The translations under genes and the position numbers were made by a program. Of a stretch of 64,000 nucleotides of DNA, positions 61,891 to 64,000 are shown one piece after another. Source of the stretch: an uncultured Candidatus Rokubacteria bacterium (lineage in GTDB: Bacteria > Methylomirabilota > Methylomirabilia > Rokubacteriales > DASRDR01); contig CAVVOZ010000025.1 in the NCBI GenBank assembly GCA_963749975.1, positions 1-64,000 on the forward strand. The letters run 5' to 3'. Each line of letters begins with the position of its first letter. Within the stretch, counting starts at the first letter, position 1. Below the pieces are notes generated by a model. That model saw only the letters and a program-made list of their open reading frames with translations, was not told the origin of the DNA and ran no database searches.

Positions 61891-62540
61891 CATGTCCCGC
61901 GTCCGTCCGGCCTGTTGGGGGATGTTGGGTCCTGAGTGGTGGGAGGCCGGAAGACCTGGCCAGTCTGGGACTGCACGCGGGGCGCGTCGGCGAGCACGGC
62001 CAGCGCGAAGGCCAGCCCCAGCGTGAAGACCAGGTGCGACACGAGCACCGGCAGCACGAGCGCCATCCGCCACGAGGGATCGATGCCCGAGACGATCATG
62101 AGCGTCGGGAGGAACACCGCCAGCGCCAGCAGGAACTGGGTGAACGCGAACAGCACCGACGCGATCGGAAGGATCTCCCGAGGGAAGTACACTCTTCTGA
62201 TCAGGCCGGCGTTCTCCACGATGACCTGGGTCGAGGTCCTACGGGCGCCCGCAAAGAAGATCCAGGGCAGCAGGCCAGCCATGACGAAGTACGGGTAGTT
62301 CTCCGTCTGGACCCGCAGAACAATCTTGAACGCGAAGATGTAAGTGGCCAGCATGAGGGCCGGCTTCAGAAGCGACCGGGCAAACCCGAGGAAGGAGCCG
62401 CGGTATTTGAGCTTGAGGTCCTTGGCGACCAGACTCCCGAGGAGGAACCGGTAGCGGAAGAGGCCGGGCGTCTCCAGGGGTGCTGCACCCCCAAGGCTCG
62501 GAGTCACCGGGGCGTTGGTCACTCCACGGCCCGTGGGCAC
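61881..62540 (-). CDS. ABC-2 type polysaccharide/O-antigen export permease (Wzm-like); appears 3'-truncated or frameshifted
   Basis: …LLGSLVAKDLKLKYRGSFLGFARSLLKPALMLATYIFAFKIV… plus about 5 TM helices. The usual C-terminal ~50 aa are not found, and no cognate Wzt ATPase gene is adjacent. Confidence 0.6.
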   Translation of the reverse strand: MPTGRGVTNAPVTPSLGGAAPLETPGLFRYRFLLGSLVAKDLKLKYRGSFLGFARSLLKPALMLATYIFAFKIVLRVQTENYPYFVMAGLLPWIFFAGARRTSTQVIVENAGLIRRVYFPREILPIASVLFAFTQFLLALAVFLPTLMIVSGIDPSWRMALVLPVLVSHLVFTLGLAFALAVLADAPRVQSQTGQVFRPPTTQDPTSPNRPDGRGTWRP

Positions 62541-62544
62541 GAGC

Positions 62545-63483
62545 CTAGCGACGCGCTGCCCACAGCGCCTGGACGGACCGTAGCGCCAGACTGGCCAGGA
62601 GTCCAGCCCCCACCAGGATCGTCCGCGGGTGGACTGCCGAAAGCACGCGGTGCTTGCGGTAGTAGCGATAGGCGCTCACGTGGAAGTCCAGGACGGAGCC
62701 CAGCGGACGTCCCGCCCGGCTGACTCCGACTAGATGCGTGCCGCTTGCTGCCGGCACGTAGTAGACACCCCAGCCAGCCCGTCGAAAGCGGAGGCACCAG
62801 TCCGCGTCCTCCCAGAAGAGGAAGAACCGCTCGTCGAGGAGCCCGACTTGCTCCCACGCTGTCCGGCGCACGAGGAGACAGGCGCCGGACAGCCAGTCGA
62901 CCGGGACCGGCGCGTCGCCCGCGGCCGAGAGAGCGGGCAGCTCGCGCTTGCTCACGGGGTTGTTGGGAAACAGTCGGGTCAGCGGCGCGGACCGCCCGAA
63001 CAGGGCAGTCCAGGCGGAAGGGTCCCGGCGGGCGGAGCCTTGCACCGTCCCGTCGGGATCGAGCAGCCTTGGGCCCGCGATGCCCGCTTCCGGGTGGGTG
63101 ATCATGAACTGCATCAGCCGGGACAGGCTCGTCGGGTGGAGGATGACGTCCGGGTTCAGGACCAGGGCGAACTGGCCCTTCGCCGCCCGGAGTCCCTGAT
63201 TCACTCCGCGCGCGAAGCCGACGTTCTTGGCGTTTTGGATGACTTCGAGTGCCGGATACGCGGAGGTCAGCCCGGTCTGGCTTCCGTCCGTCGACGCGTT
63301 GTCGACGAGGATGACCTGATGCGGCTCCTCCCCCTCGCTGGTGAAAAGCGCGGTGAGGCAGGCGCGCAGCGCTGCGCCTGCATTCCAGTTCACGATGACG
63401 ACTGAGACGTGCTCTATTGGGGCACCGTCGATCGTCGGCCGAGGTCTCGAACATCTATCATCAGATTCCCTCAACTGGACCAT
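62545..63483 (-). CDS. GT2 glycosyltransferase
   Basis: …VSVVIVNWNAGAALRACL…VILVDNASTDGS…NAKNVGFARGVNQGL…ALVLNPDVIL…FFLFWEDADWCLR…. Confidence 0.8.
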   Translation of the reverse strand: MVQLRESDDRCSRPRPTIDGAPIEHVSVVIVNWNAGAALRACLTALFTSEGEEPHQVILVDNASTDGSQTGLTSAYPALEVIQNAKNVGFARGVNQGLRAAKGQFALVLNPDVILHPTSLSRLMQFMITHPEAGIAGPRLLDPDGTVQGSARRDPSAWTALFGRSAPLTRLFPNNPVSKRELPALSAAGDAPVPVDWLSGACLLVRRTAWEQVGLLDERFFLFWEDADWCLRFRRAGWGVYYVPAASGTHLVGVSRAGRPLGSVLDFHVSAYRYYRKHRVLSAVHPRTILVGAGLLASLALRSVQALWAARR

Positions 63484-63720
63484 TTTAGTCCGTTTCGCCG
63501 ATTCTGAGGCAGGGAGGATTTCCCTGTCTCTGGTGACTGCCGGGACGTCCCCGATGCGCTTCGATTCGCTCGGTCATCCGTTCTGAGGGCGGGCCGTCTG
63601 AGGGCGGGGAGAAGGGTGGCGTCTCCAACCGGATACAGTGCAGGTTTTCCCTGTGTCCATGGTCCTTTGGCGTCCCCTCGGGCTCGACCCGTGTGCTAGA
63701 CTACGAAGCGAATTCACCAC

Positions 63721-64000
63721 ATGAGCGCCAAGTACACCCTGGGTGCGTATCTGCGTCGAGGCCGTGAGCGGTCTGGCCTCTCCGTGGAAGCCGTCTCGAC
63801 CGGGAGCCGGATCGTGCCCCGCCTCGTGGACGCGCTCGAGTCGGACCGTCAGGATCTGTTGCCGGCTCCCGTCTATGTCCGCGGCTTCATCCGCGCCTAC
63901 TGCGAGCAGATCGGCGCCGATGCGGACGAGGCTCTTCGCCTCTACGACGAGCAGGCGGTTCCGCCCCCGCCGCTGACCGTCCACGCGCCGCCTCCTCAAG
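63721..64000 (+). CDS. RodZ-like HTH protein (N-terminal part; continues beyond the window)
   Basis: MSAKYTLGAYLRRGRERSGLSVEAVSTGSRIVPRLVDALESDRQDLLPAPVYVRGFIRAYCEQIGADADEALRLY is the typical RodZ/XRE N-terminus. Confidence 0.5.
   Translation, partial: MSAKYTLGAYLRRGRERSGLSVEAVSTGSRIVPRLVDALESDRQDLLPAPVYVRGFIRAYCEQIGADADEALRLYDEQAVPPPPLTVHAPPPQ

Overview
This window is about 70% GC and looks like a chromosomal segment from an uncultivated, possibly Rokubacteria/Deltaproteobacteria-like, genome. It splits into three blocks.

(1) Housekeeping genes, 1-6.3 kb and 18.8-44.3 kb. These include tag, an NfeD-stomatin operon and a membrane-fused spermidine-synthase-like protein. Further along come murA, a sensor kinase with an HD-GYP response regulator and a HIT protein, two M16 peptidases, a rhomboid protease, a phosphohexomutase, tlyA, nadK, recN, secA and smc.

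(2) A mobile-element scrapyard of about 9 kb at a tRNA-Ala(CGC) gene, 6.35-15.4 kb. It is bounded by partial direct copies of the tRNA. Inside are an ABC substrate-binding-protein pseudogene split by a group II intron, with an IS110/IS1111-like element sitting exactly at the intron's 3' junction. The block also holds a DDE transposase remnant, an integrase fragment, two paralogous Arg-rich proteins and a duplicated conserved 40-aa ORF near each boundary. A second insertion sequence of IS481/ISNCY type lies at 17.3-18.7 kb.

(3) A large secreted LamG/SGDH-propeller protein carrying three perfect 360-bp tandem repeats, followed from 48 to 63.5 kb by a glycan-biosynthesis locus. That locus has a sulfotransferase, methyltransferases, an FdtA/FdtB/FdtC-like 3-acetamido-3,6-dideoxyhexose cassette, several GT2 and GT4 glycosyltransferases, a glycosyltransferase-methyltransferase fusion, a low-GC polytopic membrane protein and a Wzm permease.

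Very many genes need one or more 1-nt frame corrections, so 'pseudogene' calls are confounded by assembly or sequencing indels. The giant Arg-rich ORFs in the six-frame track are GC artefacts. All homology calls are from reading motifs by eye; no database search was run.
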